Shown in pieces: positions 25,101 to 40,100 of a stretch of DNA of 64,000 bases. The stretch's first letter is position 1, and every line of letters starts with the position of its first letter. This stretch comes from Auanema rhodensis. Taxonomy: Eukaryota; Animalia; Nematoda. A program made the translations under genes and the position numbers. Location: NCBI GenBank assembly GCA_964057225.1, contig OZ059900.1:25234001-25298000 (forward strand), in the 5' to 3' direction. The notes under the pieces are model-generated. The model saw only the letters and a list, made by a program, of their open reading frames with translations. It did no database searches and was not told where the DNA came from.

Positions 25101-28100
25101 AATCAATATTAGCCATAAGGGGCGTGCCCTCAGAATATGCTAATTTCCTTAATTTTCTAACCCCTGTTTTTTTGTCGTGAAAGTGGAACTAGACGTTGTA
25201 CGAACAATTTTGAGCTAGGTTTCATTGACATTGCATGAGTTTGAACACATGAAATCGTAAGTCAAAACCTTGTTTACAGCGAAATTTCCAAAAACTGGTT
25301 TTCCAGCATAATAAAATATTTCTCATATGAAATACTGTGTTTTTGTATTTTTTTAGTGTTCAGCATGTAAAATGCGTCATTTTAGTATGTAAAACGCTGA
25401 AATTCGTTGCATTTGACGACTCATATGAACAAAAATCGATTTTATCAATATTAGCCATAAGGGGCGTGCCCTCAGAATATGCTAATTTCCTTAATTTTCT
25501 AACCCCTGTTTTTTTGTCGTGAAAGTGGAACTAGACGTTGTACGAACAATTTTGAGCTAAGTTTCATTGACATTGCATGAGTTTGAACACATGAAATCGT
25601 AAGTCAAAACCTTGTTTACAGCGAAATTTCCAAAAACTGGTTTTCCAGCATAATAAAATATTTCTCATGAGAAATACTGTGTTTTTGTATTTTTTTAATG
25701 TTCAGCATGTAAAATGCTTTATTTTGATATGTAAAACGCTGAAATTCGTTGCATTTGACGACTCATATGAACAAAAATCGATTTTATCAATATTAGCCAT
25801 AAGGGGCGTGCCCTCAGAATATGCTAATTTCCTTAATTTTCTAACCCCTGTTTTTTTGTCGTGAAAGTGGAACTAGACGTTGTACGAACAATTTTGAGCT
25901 AGGTTTCATTGACATTGCATGAGTTTGAACACATGAAATCGTAAGTCAAAACCTTGTTTACAGCGAAATTTCCAAAAACTGGTTTTCCAGCATAATACAA
26001 TATTTCTCATGGGAAATACTGTGTTTTTATATTTTTCTAGTGTTCAGCATGTAAAATGCTTCATTTTAGTATGTAACACGCTGAAATTCGTTGCATTTGA
26101 CGACTCATATGAACAAAAATCGATTTTATCAATATTAGCCATAAGGGGCGTGCCCTCAGAATATGCTAATTTCCTTAATTTTCTAACCCCTGTTTTTTTG
26201 TCGTGAAAGTGGAACTAGACGTTGTACGAACAGTTTTGAGCTAGGTTTCATTGACATTGCATGAGTTTGAACACATGAAATCGTAAGTCAAAACCTTGTT
26301 TACAGCGAAATTTCCAAAAACTGGTTTTCCAGCATAATAAAATATTTCTCATGGGAAATACTGTGTTTTTGTATTTTTTCAGTGTTCAGCATGTAAAATG
26401 CTTCATTTTAGTATGTAACACGCTGAAATTCGTTGCATTTGACGACTCATATGAACAAAAATCGATTTAATCAATATTAGCCATAAGGGGCGTGCCCTCA
26501 GAATATGCTAATTTCCTTAATTTTCTAACCCCTGTTTTTTTGTCGTGAAAGTGGAACTAGACGTTGTACGAACAATTTTGAGCTAGGTTTCATTGACATT
26601 GCATGAGTTTGAACACATGCAATCGTAAGTCAAAACCTTGTTTACAGCGAAATTTCCAAAAACTGGTTTTCCAGCATAATAAAATATTTCTCATGGGAAA
26701 TACTGTGTTTTTGTATTTTTCTAGTGTTCAGCATGTAAAACGCTTCATTTTGATATGTAAAACGCTGAAATTCGTTGCATTTGACGACTCATATGAACAA
26801 AAATCGATTTAATCAATATTAGCCATAAGGGGCGTGCCCTCAGAATATGCTAATTTCCTTAATTTTCTAACCCCTGTTTTTTTGTCGTGAAAGTGGAACT
26901 AGACGTTGTACGAACAATTTTGAGCTAGGTTTCATTGACATTGCATGAGTTTGAACACATGAAATCGTAAGTCAAAACCTTGTTTACAGCGAAATTTCCA
27001 AAAACTGGTTTTCCAGCATAATACAATATTTCTCATGGGAAATACTGTGTTTTTATATTTTTCTAGTGTTCAGCATGTAAAATGCTTCATTTTAGTATGT
27101 AACACGCTGAAATTCGTTGCATTTGACGACTCATATGAACAAAAATCGATTTTATCAATATTAGCCATAAGGGGCGTGCCCTCAGAATATGCTAATTTCC
27201 TTAATTTTCTAACCCCTGTTTTTTTGTCGTGAAAGTGGAACTAGACGTTGTACGAACAGTTTTGAGCTAGGTTTCATTGACATTGCATGAGTTTGAACAC
27301 ATGAAATCGTAAGTCAAAACCTTGTTTACAGCGAAATTTCCAAAAACTGGTTTTCCAGCATAATAAAATATTTCTCATGGGAAATACTGTGTTTTTGTAT
27401 TTTTTCAGTGTTCAGCATGTAAAATGCTTCATTTTAGTATGTAACACGCTGAAATTCGTTGCATTTGACGACTCATATGAACAAAAATCGATTTAATCAA
27501 TATTAGCCATAAGGGGCGTGCCCTCAGAATATGCTAATTTCCTTAATTTTCTAACCCCTGTTTTTTTGTCGTGAAAGTGGAACTAGACGTTGTACGAACA
27601 ATTTTGAGCTAGGTTTCATTGACATTGCATGAGTTTGAACACATGCAATCGTAAGTCAAAACCTTGTTTACAGCGAAATTTCCAAAAACTGGTTTTCCAG
27701 CATAATAAAATATTTCTCATGAGAAATACTGTGTTTTTGTATTTTTTTAATGTTCAGCATGTAAAATGCTTTATTTTGATATGTAAAACGCTGAAATTCG
27801 TTGCATTTGACGACTCATATGAACAAAAATCGATTTTATCAATATTAGCCATAAGGGGCGTGCCCTCAGAATATGCTAATTTCCTTAATTTTCTAACCCC
27901 TGTTTTTTTGTCGTGAAAGTGGAACTAGACGTTGTACGAACAATTTTGAGCTAGGTTTCATTGACATTGCATGAGTTTGAACACATGAAATCGTAAGTCA
28001 AAACCTTGTTTACAGCGAAATTTCCAAAAACTGGTTTTCCAGCATAATACAATATTTCTCATGGGAAATACTGTGTTTTTATATTTTTCTAGTGTTCAGC

Positions 28101-31100
28101 ATGTAAAATGCTTCATTTTAGTATGTAACACGCTGAAATTCGTTGCATTTGACGACTCATATGAACAAAAATCGATTTTATCAATATTAGCCATAAGGGG
28201 CGTGCCCTCAGAATATGCTAATTTCCTTAATTTTCTAACCCCTGTTTTTTTGTCGTGAAAGTGGAACTAGACGTTGTACGAACAGTTTTGAGCTAGGTTT
28301 CATTGACATTGCATGAGTTTGAACACATGAAATCGTAAGTCAAAACCTTGTTTACAGCGAAATTTCCAAAAACTGGTTTTCCAGCATAATAAAATATTTC
28401 TCATGGGAAATACTGTGTTTTTGTATTTTTTCAGTGTTCAGCATGTAAAATGCTTCATTTTAGTATGTAACACGCTGAAATTCGTTGCATTTGACGACTC
28501 ATATGAACAAAAATCGATTTAATCAATATTAGCCATAAGGGGCGTGCCCTCAGAATATGCTAATTTCCTTAATGTTCTAACCCCTGTTTTTTTGTCGTGA
28601 AAGTGGAACTAGACGTTGTACGAACAATTTTGAGCTAGGTTTCATTGACATTGCATGAGTTTGAACACATGCAATCGTAAGTCAAAACCTTGTTTACAGC
28701 GAAATTTCCAAAAACTGGTTTTCCAGCATAATAAAATATTTCTCATGGGAAATACTGTGTTTTTGTATTTTTCTAGTGTTCAGCATGTAAAACGCTTCAT
28801 TTTGATATGTAAAACGCTGAAATTCGTTGCATTTGACGACTCATATGAACAAAAATCGATTTAATCAATATTAGCCATAAGGGGCGTGCCCTCAGAATAT
28901 GCTAATTTCCTTAATTTTCTAACCCCTGTTTTTTTGTCGTGAAAGTGGAACTAGACGTTGTACGAACAATTTTGAGCTAAGTTTCATTGACATTGCATGA
29001 GTTTGAACACATGAAATCGTAAGTCAAAACCTTGTTTACAGCGAAATTTCCAAAAACTGGTTTTCCAGCATAATAAAATATTTCTCATGAGAAATACTGT
29101 GTTTTTGTATTTTTTTAATGTTCAGCATGTAAAACGCTTCATTTTGATATGTAAAACGCTGAAATTCGTTGCATTTGACGACTCATATGAACAAAAATCG
29201 ATTTTATCAATATTAGCCATAAGGGGCGTGCCCTCAGAATATGCTAATTTCCTTAATTTTCTAACCCCTGTTTTTTTGTCGTGAAAGTGGAACTAGACGT
29301 TGTACGAACAGTTTTGAGCTAGGTTTCATTGACATTGCATGAGTTTGAACACATGAAATCGTAAGTCAAAACCTTGTTTACAGCGAAATTTCCAAAAACT
29401 GGTTTTCCAGCATAATAAAATATTTCTCATGGGAAATACTGTGTTTTTGTATTTTTTCAGTGTTCAGCATGTAAAACGCTTCATTTTGATATGTAAAACG
29501 TTGAAATTCGTTGCATTTGACGACTCATATGAACAAAAATCGATTTAATCAATATTAGCCATAAGGGGCGTGCCCTCAGAATATGCTAATTTCCTTAATT
29601 TTCTAACCCCTGTTTTTTTGTCGTGAAAGTGGAACTAGACGTTGTACGAACAATTTTGAGCTAGGTTTCATTGACATTGCATGAGTTTGAACACATGAAA
29701 TCGTAAGTCAAAACCTTGTTTACAGCGAAATTTCCAAAAACTGGTTTTCCAGCATAATAAAATATTTCTCATATGAAATACTGTGTTTTTGTATTTTTTT
29801 AGTGTTCAGCATGTAAAATGCGTCATTTTAGTATGTAAAACGCTGAAATTCGTTGCATTTGACGACTCATATGAACAAAAATCGATTTTATCAATATTAG
29901 CCATAAGGGGCGTGCCCTCAGAATATGCTAATTTCCTTAATTTTCTAACCCCTGTTTTTTTGTCGTGAAAGTGGAACTAGACGTTGTACGAACAATTTTG
30001 AGCTAAGTTTCATTGACATTGCATGAGTTTGAACACATGAAATCGTAAGTCAAAACCTTGTTTACAGCGAAATTTCCAAAAACTGGTTTTCCAGCATAAT
30101 AAAATATTTCTCATGAGAAATACTGTGTTTTTGTATTTTTTTAATGTTCAGCATGTAAAATGCTTTATTTTGATATGTAAAACGCTGAAATTCGTTGCAT
30201 TTGACGACTCATATGAACAAAAATCGATTTTATCAATATTAGCCATAAGGGGCGTGCCCTCAGAATATGCTAATTTCCTTAATTTTCTAACCCCTGTTTT
30301 TTTGTCGTGAAAGTGGAACTAGACGTTGTACGAACAATTTTGAGCTAGGTTTCATTGACATTGCATGAGTTTGAACACATGAAATCGTAAGTCAAAACCT
30401 TGTTTACAGCGAAATTTCCAAAAACTGGTTTTCCAGCATAATACAATATTTCTCATGGGAAATACTGTGTTTTTATATTTTTCTAGTGTTCAGCATGTAA
30501 AATGCTTCATTTTAGTATGTAACACGCTGAAATTCGTTGCATTTGACGACTCATATGAACAAAAATCGATTTTATCAATATTAGCCATAAGGGGCGTGCC
30601 CTCAGAATATGCTAATTTCCTTAATTTTCTAACCCCTGTTTTTTTGTCGTGAAAGTGGAACTAGACGTTGTACGAACAGTTTTGAGCTAGGTTTCATTGA
30701 CATTGCATGAGTTTGAACACATGAAATCGTAAGTCAAAACCTTGTTTACAGCGAAATTTCCAAAAACTGGTTTTCCAGCATAATAAAATATTTCTCATGG
30801 GAAATACTGTGTTTTTGTATTTTTTCAGTGTTCAGCATGTAAAATGCTTCATTTTAGTATGTAACACGCTGAAATTCGTTGCATTTGACGACTCATATGA
30901 ACAAAAATCGATTTAATCAATATTAGCCATAAGGGGCGTGCCCTCAGAATATGCTAATTTCCTTAATTTTCTAACCCCTGTTTTTTTGTCGTGAAAGTGG
31001 AACTAGACGTTGTACGAACAATTTTGAGCTAGGTTTCATTGACATTGCATGAGTTTGAACACATGCAATCGTAAGTCAAAACCTTGTTTACAGCGAAATT

Positions 31101-34100
31101 TCCAAAAACTGGTTTTCCAGCATAATAAAATATTTCTCATGGGAAATACTGTGTTTTTGTATTTTTCTAGTGTTCAGCATGTAAAACGCTTCATTTTGAT
31201 ATGTAAAACGCTGAAATTCGTTGCATTTGACGACTCATATGAACAAAAATCGATTTAATCAATATTAGCCATAAGGGGCGTGCCCTCAGAATATGCTAAT
31301 TTCCTTAATTTTCTAACCCCTGTTTTTTTGTCGTGAAAGTGGAACTAGACGTTGTACGAACAATTTTGAGCTAAGTTTCATTGACATTGCATGAGTTTGA
31401 ACACATGAAATCGTAAGTCAAAACCTTGTTTACAGCGAAATTTCCAAAAACTGGTTTTCCAGCATAATAAAATATTTCTCATGAGAAATACTGTGTTTTT
31501 GTATTTTTTTAATGTTCAGCATGTAAAACGCTTCATTTTGATATGTAAAACGCTGAAATTCGTTGCATTTGACGACTCATATGAACAAAAATCGATTTTA
31601 TCAATATTAGCCATAAGGGGCGTGCCCTCAGAATATGCTAATTTCCTTAATTTTCTAACCCCTGTTTTTTTGTCGTGAAAGTGGAACTAGACGTTGTACG
31701 AACAATTTTGAGCTAAGTTTCATTGACATTGCATGAGTTTGAACACATGAAATCGTAAGTCAAAACCTTGTTTACAGCGAAATTTCCAAAAACTGGTTTT
31801 CCAGCATAATAAAATATTTCTCATGAGAAATACTGTGTTTTTGTATTTTTTTAATGTTCAGCATGTAAAATGCTTTATTTTGATATGTAAAACGCTGAAA
31901 TTCGTTGCATTTGACGACTCATATGAACAAAAATCGATTTTATCAATATTAGCCATAAGGGGCGTGCCCTCAGAATATGCTAATTTCCTTAATTTTCTAA
32001 CCCCTGTTTTTTTGTCGTGAAAGTGGAACTAGACGTTGTACGAACAATTTTGAGCTAGGTTTCATTGACATTGCATGAGTTTGAACACATGAAATCGTAA
32101 GTCAAAACCTTGTTTACAGCGAAATTTCCAAAAACTGGTTTTCCAGCATAATACAATATTTCTCATGGGAAATACTGTGTTTTTATATTTTTCTAGTGTT
32201 CAGCATGTAAAATGCTTCATTTTAGTATGTAACACGCTGAAATTCGTTGCATTTGACGACTCATATGAACAAAAATCGATTTTATCAATATTAGCCATAA
32301 GGGGCGTGCCCTCAGAATATGCTAATTTCCTTAATTTTCTAACCCCTGTTTTTTTGTCGTGAAAGTGGAACTAGACGTTGTACGAACAGTTTTGAGCTAG
32401 GTTTCATTGACATTGCATGAGTTTGAACACATGAAATCGTAAGTCAAAACCTTGTTTACAGCGAAATTTCCAAAAACTGGTTTTCCAGCATAATAAAATA
32501 TTTCTCATGGGAAATACTGTGTTTTTGTAATTTTTCAGTGTTCAGCATGTAAAATGCTTCATTTTAGTATGTAACACGCTGAAATTCGTTGCATTTGACG
32601 ACTCATATGAACAAAAATCGATTTAATCAATATTAGCCATAAGGGGCGTGCCCTCAGAATATGCTAATTTCCTTAATTTTCTAACCCCTGTTTTTTTGTC
32701 GTGAAAGTGGAACTAGACGTTGTACGAACAATTTTGAGCTAGGTTTCATTGACATTGCATGAGTTTGAACACATGCAATCGTAAGTCAAAACCTTGTTTA
32801 CAGCGAAATTTCCAAAAACTGGTTTTCCAGCATAATAAAATATTTCTCATGAGAAATACTGTGTTTTTGTATTTTTTTAATGTTCAGCATGTAAAATGCT
32901 TTATTTTGATATGTAAAACGCTGAAATTCGTTGCATTTGACGACTCATATGAACAAAAATCGATTTTATCAATATTAGCCATAAGGGGCGTGCCCTCAGA
33001 ATATGCTAATTTCCTTAATTTTCTAACCCCTGTTTTTTTGTCGTGAAAGTGGAACTAGACGTTGTACGAACAATTTTGAGCTAGGTTTCATTGACATTGC
33101 ATGAGTTTGAACACATGAAATCGTAAGTCAAAACCTTGTTTACAGCGAAATTTCCAAAAACTGGTTTTCCAGCATAATACAATATTTCTCATGGGAAATA
33201 CTGTGTTTTTATATTTTTCTAGTGTTCAGCATGTAAAATGCTTCATTTTAGTATGTAACACGCTGAAATTCGTTGCATTTGACGACTCATATGAACAAAA
33301 ATCGATTTTATCAATATTAGCCATAGGGGCGTGCCCTCAGAATATGCTAATTTCCTTAATTTTCTAACCCCTGTTTTTTTGTCGTGAAAGTGGAACTAGA
33401 CGTTGTACGAACAGTTTTGAGCTAGGTTTCATTGACATTGCATGAGTTTGAACACATGAAATCGTAAGTCAAAACCTTGTTTACAGCGAAATTTCCAAAA
33501 ACTGGTTTTCCAGCATAATAAAATATTTCTCATGGGAAATACTGTGTTTTTGTATTTTTTCAGTGTTCAGCATGTAAAATGCTTCATTTTAGTATGTAAC
33601 ACGCTGAAATTCGTTGCATTTGACGACTCATATGAACAAAAATCGATTTAATCAATATTAGCCATAAGGGGCGTGCCCTCAGAATATGCTAATTTCCTTA
33701 ATGTTCTAACCCCTGTTTTTTTGTCGTGAAAGTGGAACTAGACGTTGTACGAACAATTTTGAGCTAGGTTTCATTGACATTGCATGAGTTTGAACACATG
33801 CAATCGTAAGTCAAAACCTTGTTTACAGCGAAATTTCCAAAAACTGGTTTTCCAGCATAATAAAATATTTCTCATGGGAAATACTGTGTTTTTGTATTTT
33901 TCTAGTGTTCAGCATGTAAAACGCTTCATTTTGATATGTAAAACGCTGAAATTCGTTGCATTTGACGACTCATATGAACAAAAATCGATTTAATCAATAT
34001 TAGCCATAAGGGGCGTGCCCTCAGAATATGCTAATTTCCTTAATTTTCTAACCCCTGTTTTTTTGTCGTGAAAGTGGAACTAGACGTTGTACGAACAATT

Positions 34101-37100
34101 TTGAGCTAAGTTTCATTGACATTGCATGAGTTTGAACACATGAAATCGTAAGTCAAAACCTTGTTTACAGCGAAATTTCCAAAAACTGGTTTTCCAGCAT
34201 AATAAAATATTTCTCATGAGAAATACTGTGTTTTTGTATTTTTTTAATGTTCAGCATGTAAAACGCTTCATTTTGATATGTAAAACGCTGAAATTCGTTG
34301 CATTTGACGACTCATATGAACAAAAATCGATTTTATCAATATTAGCCATAAGGGGCGTGCCCTCAGAATATGCTAATTTCCTTAATTTTCTAACCCCTGT
34401 TTTTTTGTCGTGAAAGTGGAACTAGACGTTGTACGAACAGTTTTGAGCTAGGTTTCATTGACATTGCATGAGTTTGAACACATGAAATCGTAAGTCAAAA
34501 CCTTGTTTACAGCGAAATTTCCAAAAACTGGTTTTCCAGCATAATAAAATATTTCTCATGGGAAATACTGTGTTTTTGTATTTTTTCAGTGTTCAGCATG
34601 TAAAATGCTTCATTTTAGTATGTAACACGCTGAAATTCGTTGCATTTGACGACTCATATGAACAAAAATCGATTTAATCAATATTAGCCATAAGGGGCGT
34701 GCCCTCAGAATATGCTAATTTCCTTAATTTTCTAACCCCTGTTTTTTTGTCGTGAAAGTGGAACTAGACGTTGTACGAACAATTTTGAGCTAGGTTTCAT
34801 TGACATTGCATGAGTTTGAACACATGCAATCGTAAGTCAAAACCTTGTTTACAGCGAAATTTCCAAAAACTGGTTTTCCAGCATAATAAAATATTTCTCA
34901 TGGGAAATACTGTGTTTTTGTATTTTTCTAGTGTTCAGCATGTAAAACGCTTCATTTTGATATGTAAAACGCTGAAATTCGTTGCATTTGACGACTCATA
35001 TGAACAAAAATCGATTTAATCAATATTAGCCATAAGGGGCGTGCCCTCAGAATATGCTAATTTCCTTAATTTTCTAACCCCTGTTTTTTTGTCGTGAAAG
35101 TGGAACTAGACGTTGTACGAACAATTTTGAGCTAAGTTTCATTGACATTGCATGAGTTTGAACACATGAAATCGTAAGTCAAAACCTTGTTTACAGCGAA
35201 ATTTCCAAAAACTGGTTTTCCAGCATAATAAAATATTTCTCATGAGAAATACTGTGTTTTTGTATTTTTTTAATGTTCAGCATGTAAAACGCTTCATTTT
35301 GATATGTAAAACGCTGAAATTCGTTGCATTTGACGACTCATATGAACAAAAATCGATTTTATCAATATTAGCCATAAGGGGCGTGCCCTCAGAATATGCT
35401 AATTTCCTTAATTTTCTAACCCCTGTTTTTTTGTCGTGAAAGTGGAACTAGACGTTGTACGAACAATTTTGAGCTAGGTTTCATTGACATTGCATGAGTT
35501 TGAACACATGAAATCGTAAGTCAAAACCTTGTTTACAGCGAAATTTCCAAAAACTGGTTTTCCAGCATAATACAATATTTCTCATGGGAAATACTGTGTT
35601 TTTATATTTTTCTAGTGTTCAGCATGTAAAATGCTTCATTTTAGTATGTAACACGCTGAAATTCGTTGCATTTGACGACTCATATGAACAAAAATCGATT
35701 TTATCAATATTAGCCATAAGGGGCGTGCCCTCAGAATATGCTAATTTCCTTAATTTTCTAACCCCTGTTTTTTTGTCGTGAAAGTGGAACTAGACGTTGT
35801 ACGAACAGTTTTGAGCTAGGTTTCATTGACATTGCATGAGTTTGAACACATGAAATCGTAAGTCAAAACCTTGTTTACAGCGAAATTTCCAAAAACTGGT
35901 TTTCCAGCATAATAAAATATTTCTCATGGGAAATACTGTGTTTTTGTATTTTTTCAGTGTTCAGCATGTAAAATGCTTCATTTTAGTATGTAACACGCTG
36001 AAATTCGTTGCATTTGACGACTCATATGAACAAAAATCGATTTAATCAATATTAGCCATAAGGGGCGTGCCCTCAGAATATGCTAATTTCCTTAATTTTC
36101 TAACCCCTGTTTTTTTGTCGTGAAAGTGGAACTAGACGTTGTACGAACAATTTTGAGCTAGGTTTCATTGACATTGCATGAGTTTGAACACATGAAATCG
36201 TAAGTCAAAACCTTGTTTACAGCGAAATTTCCAAAAACTGGTTTTCCAGCATAATAAAATATTTCTCATGGGAAATACTGTGTTTTTGTATTTTTTTAGT
36301 GTTCAGCATGTAAAATGCGTCATTTTAGTATGTAAAACGCTGAAATTCGTTGCATTTGACGACTCATATGAACAAAAATCGATTTTATCAATATTAGCCA
36401 TAAGGGGCGTGCCCTCAGAATATGCTAATTTCCTTAATTTTCTAACCCCTGTTTTTTTGTCGTGAAAGTGGAACTAGACGTTGTACGAACAATTTTGAGC
36501 TAAGTTTCATTGACATTGCATGAGTTTGAACACATGAAATCGTAAGTCAAAACCTTGTTTACAGCGAAATTTCCAAAAACTGGTTTTCCAGCATAATAAA
36601 ATATTTCTCATGGGAAATACTGTGTTTTTGTATTTTTTCAGTGTTCAGCATGTAAAATGCTTCATTTTAGTATGTAACACGCTGAAATTCGTTGCATTTG
36701 ACGACTCATATGAACAAAAATCGATTTAATCAATATTAGCCATAAGGGGCGTGCCCTCAGAATATGCTAATTTCCTTAATTTTCTAACCCCTGTTTTTTT
36801 GTCGTGAAAGTGGAACTAGACGTTGTACGAACAATTTTGAGCTAGGTTTCATTGACATTGCATGAGTTTGAACACATGAAATCGTAAGTCAAAACCTTGT
36901 TTACAGCGAAATTTCCAAAAACTGGTTTTCCAGCATAATAAAATATTTCTCATGGGAAATACTGTGTTTTTGTATTTTTTTAGTGTTCAGCATGTAAAAT
37001 GCGTCATTTTAGTATGTAAAACGCTGAAATTCGTTGCATTTGACGACTCATATGAACAAAAATCGATTTTATCAATATTAGCCATAAGGGGCGTGCCCTC

Positions 37101-40100
37101 AGAATATGCTAATTTCCTTAATTTTCTAACCCCTGTTTTTTTGTCGTGAAAGTGGAACTAGACGTTGTACGAACAATTTTGAGCTAAGTTTCATTGACAT
37201 TGCATGAGTTTGAACACATGAAATCGTAAGTCAAAACCTTGTTTACAGCGAAATTTCCAAAAACTGGTTTTCCAGCATAATAAAATATTTCTCATGAGAA
37301 ATACTGTGTTTTTGTATTTTTTTAATGTTCAGCATGTAAAATGCTTCATTTTGATATGTAAAACGCTGAAATTCGTTGCATTTGACGACTCATATGAACA
37401 AAAATCGATTTTATCAATATTAGCCATAAGGGGCGTGCCCTCAGAATATGCTAATTTCCTTAATTTTCTAACCCCTGTTTTTTTGTCGTGAAAGTGGAAC
37501 TAGACGTTGTACGAACAATTTTGAGCTAGGTTTCATTGACATTGCATGAGTTTGAACACATGAAATCGTAAGTCAAAACCTTGTTTACAGCGAAATTTCC
37601 AAAAACTGGTTTTCCAGCATAATACAATATTTCTCATGGGAAATACTGTGTTTTTATATTTTTCTAGTGTTCAGCATGTAAAATGCTTCATTTTAGTATG
37701 TAACACGCTGAAATTCGTTGCATTTGACGACTCATATGAACAAAAATCGATTTTATCAATATTAGCCATAAGGGGCGTGCCCTCAGAATATGCTAATTTC
37801 CTTAATTTTCTAACCCCTGTTTTTTTGTCGTGAAAGTGGAACTAGACGTTGTACGAACAGTTTTGAGCTAGGTTTCATTGACATTGCATGAGTTTGAACA
37901 CATGAAATCGTAAGTCAAAACCTTGTTTACAGCGAAATTTCCAAAAACTGGTTTTCCAGCATAATAAAATATTTCTCATGGGAAATACTGTGTTTTTGTA
38001 TTTTTTCAGTGTTCAGCATGTAAAATGCTTCATTTTAGTATGTAACACGCTGAAATTCGTTGCATTTGACGACTCATATGAACAAAAATCGATTTAATCA
38101 ATATTAGCCATAAGGGGCGTGCCCTCAGAATATGCTAATTTCCTTAATTTTCTAACCCCTGTTTTTTTGTCGTGAAAGTGGAACTAGACGTTGTACGAAC
38201 AATTTTGAGCTAAGTTTCATTGACATTGCATGAGTTTGAACACATGAAATCGTAAGTCAAAACCTTGTTTACAGCGAAATTTCCAAAAACTGGTTTTCCA
38301 GCATAATAAAATATTTCTCATGAGAAATACTGTGTTTTTGTATTTTTTTAATGTTCAGCATGTAAAACGCTTCATTTTGATATGTAAAACGCTGAAATTC
38401 GTTGCATTTGACGACTCATATGAACAAAAATCGATTTTATCAATATTAGCCATAAGGGGCGTGCCCTCAGAATATGCTAATTTCCTTAATTTTCTAACCC
38501 CTGTTTTTTTGTCGTGAAAGTGGAACTAGACGTTGTACGAACAATTTTAAGCTAGGTTTCATTGACATTGCATGAGTTTGAACACATGAAATCGTAAGTC
38601 AAAACCTTGTTTACAGCGAAATTTCCAAAAACTGGTTTTCCAGCATAATACAATATTTCTCATGGGAAATACTGTGTTTTTATATTTTTCTAGTGTTCAG
38701 CATGTAAAGTGCTTCATTTTAGTATGTAACACGCTGAAATTCGTTGCATTTGACGACTCATATGAACAAAAATCGATTTTATCAATATTAGCCATAAGGG
38801 GCGTGCCCTCAGAATATGCTAATTTCCTTAATTTTCTAACCCCTGTTTTTTTGTCGTGAAAGTGGAACTAGACGTTGTACGAACAGTTTTGAGCTAGGTT
38901 TCATTGACATTGCATGAGTTTGAACACATGAAATCGTAAGTCAAAACCTTGTTTACAGCGAAATTTCCAAAAACTGGTTTTCCAGCATAATAAAATATTT
39001 CTCATGGGAAATACTGTGTTTTTGTATTTTTTCAGTGTTCAGCATGTAAAATGCTTCATTTTAGTATGTAACACGCTGAAATTCGTTGCATTTGACGACT
39101 GATATGAACAAAAATCGATTTAATCAATATTAGCCATAAGGGGCGTGCCCTCAGAATATGCTAATTTCCTTAATTTTCTAACCCCTGTTTTTTTGTCGTG
39201 AAAGTGGAACTAGACGTTGTACGAACAATTTTGAGCTAGGTTTCATTGACATTGCATGAGTTTGAACACATGAAATCGTAAGTCAAAACCTTGTTTACAG
39301 CGAAATTTCCAAAAACTGGTTTTCCAGCATAATAAAATATTTCTCATATGAAATACTGTGTTTTTGTATTTTTTTAGTGTTCAGCATGTAAAATGCGTCA
39401 TTTTAGTATGTAAAACGCTGAAATTCGTTGCATTTGACGACTCATATGAACAAAAATCGATTTTATCAATATTAGCCATAAGGGGCGTGCCCTCAGAATA
39501 TGCTAATTTCCTTAATTTTCTAACCCCTGTTTTTTTGTCGTGAAAGTGGAACTAGACGTTGTACGAACAATTTTGAGCTAAGTTTCATTGACATTGCATG
39601 AGTTTGAACACATGAAATCGTAAGTCAAAACCTTGTTTACAGCGAAATTTCCAAAAACTGGTTTTCCAGCATAATAAAATATTTCTCATGAGAAATACTG
39701 TGTTTTTGTATTTTTTTAATGTTCAGCATGTAAAATGCTTTATTTTGATATGTAAAACGCTGAAATTCGTTGCATTTGACGACTCATATGAACAAAAATC
39801 GATTTTATCAATATTAGCCATAAGGGGCGTGCCCTCAGAATATGCTAATTTCCTTAATTTTCTAACCCCTGTTTTTTTGTCGTGAAAGTGGAACTAGACG
39901 TTGTACGAACAATTTTGAGCTAGGTTTCATTGACATTGCATGAGTTTGAACACATGAAATCGTAAGTCAAAACCTTGTTTACAGCGAAATTTCCAAAAAC
40001 TGGTTTTCCAGCATAATACAATATTTCTCATGGGAAATACTGTGTTTTTATATTTTTCTAGTGTTCAGCATGTAAAATGCTTCATTTTAGTATGTAACAC

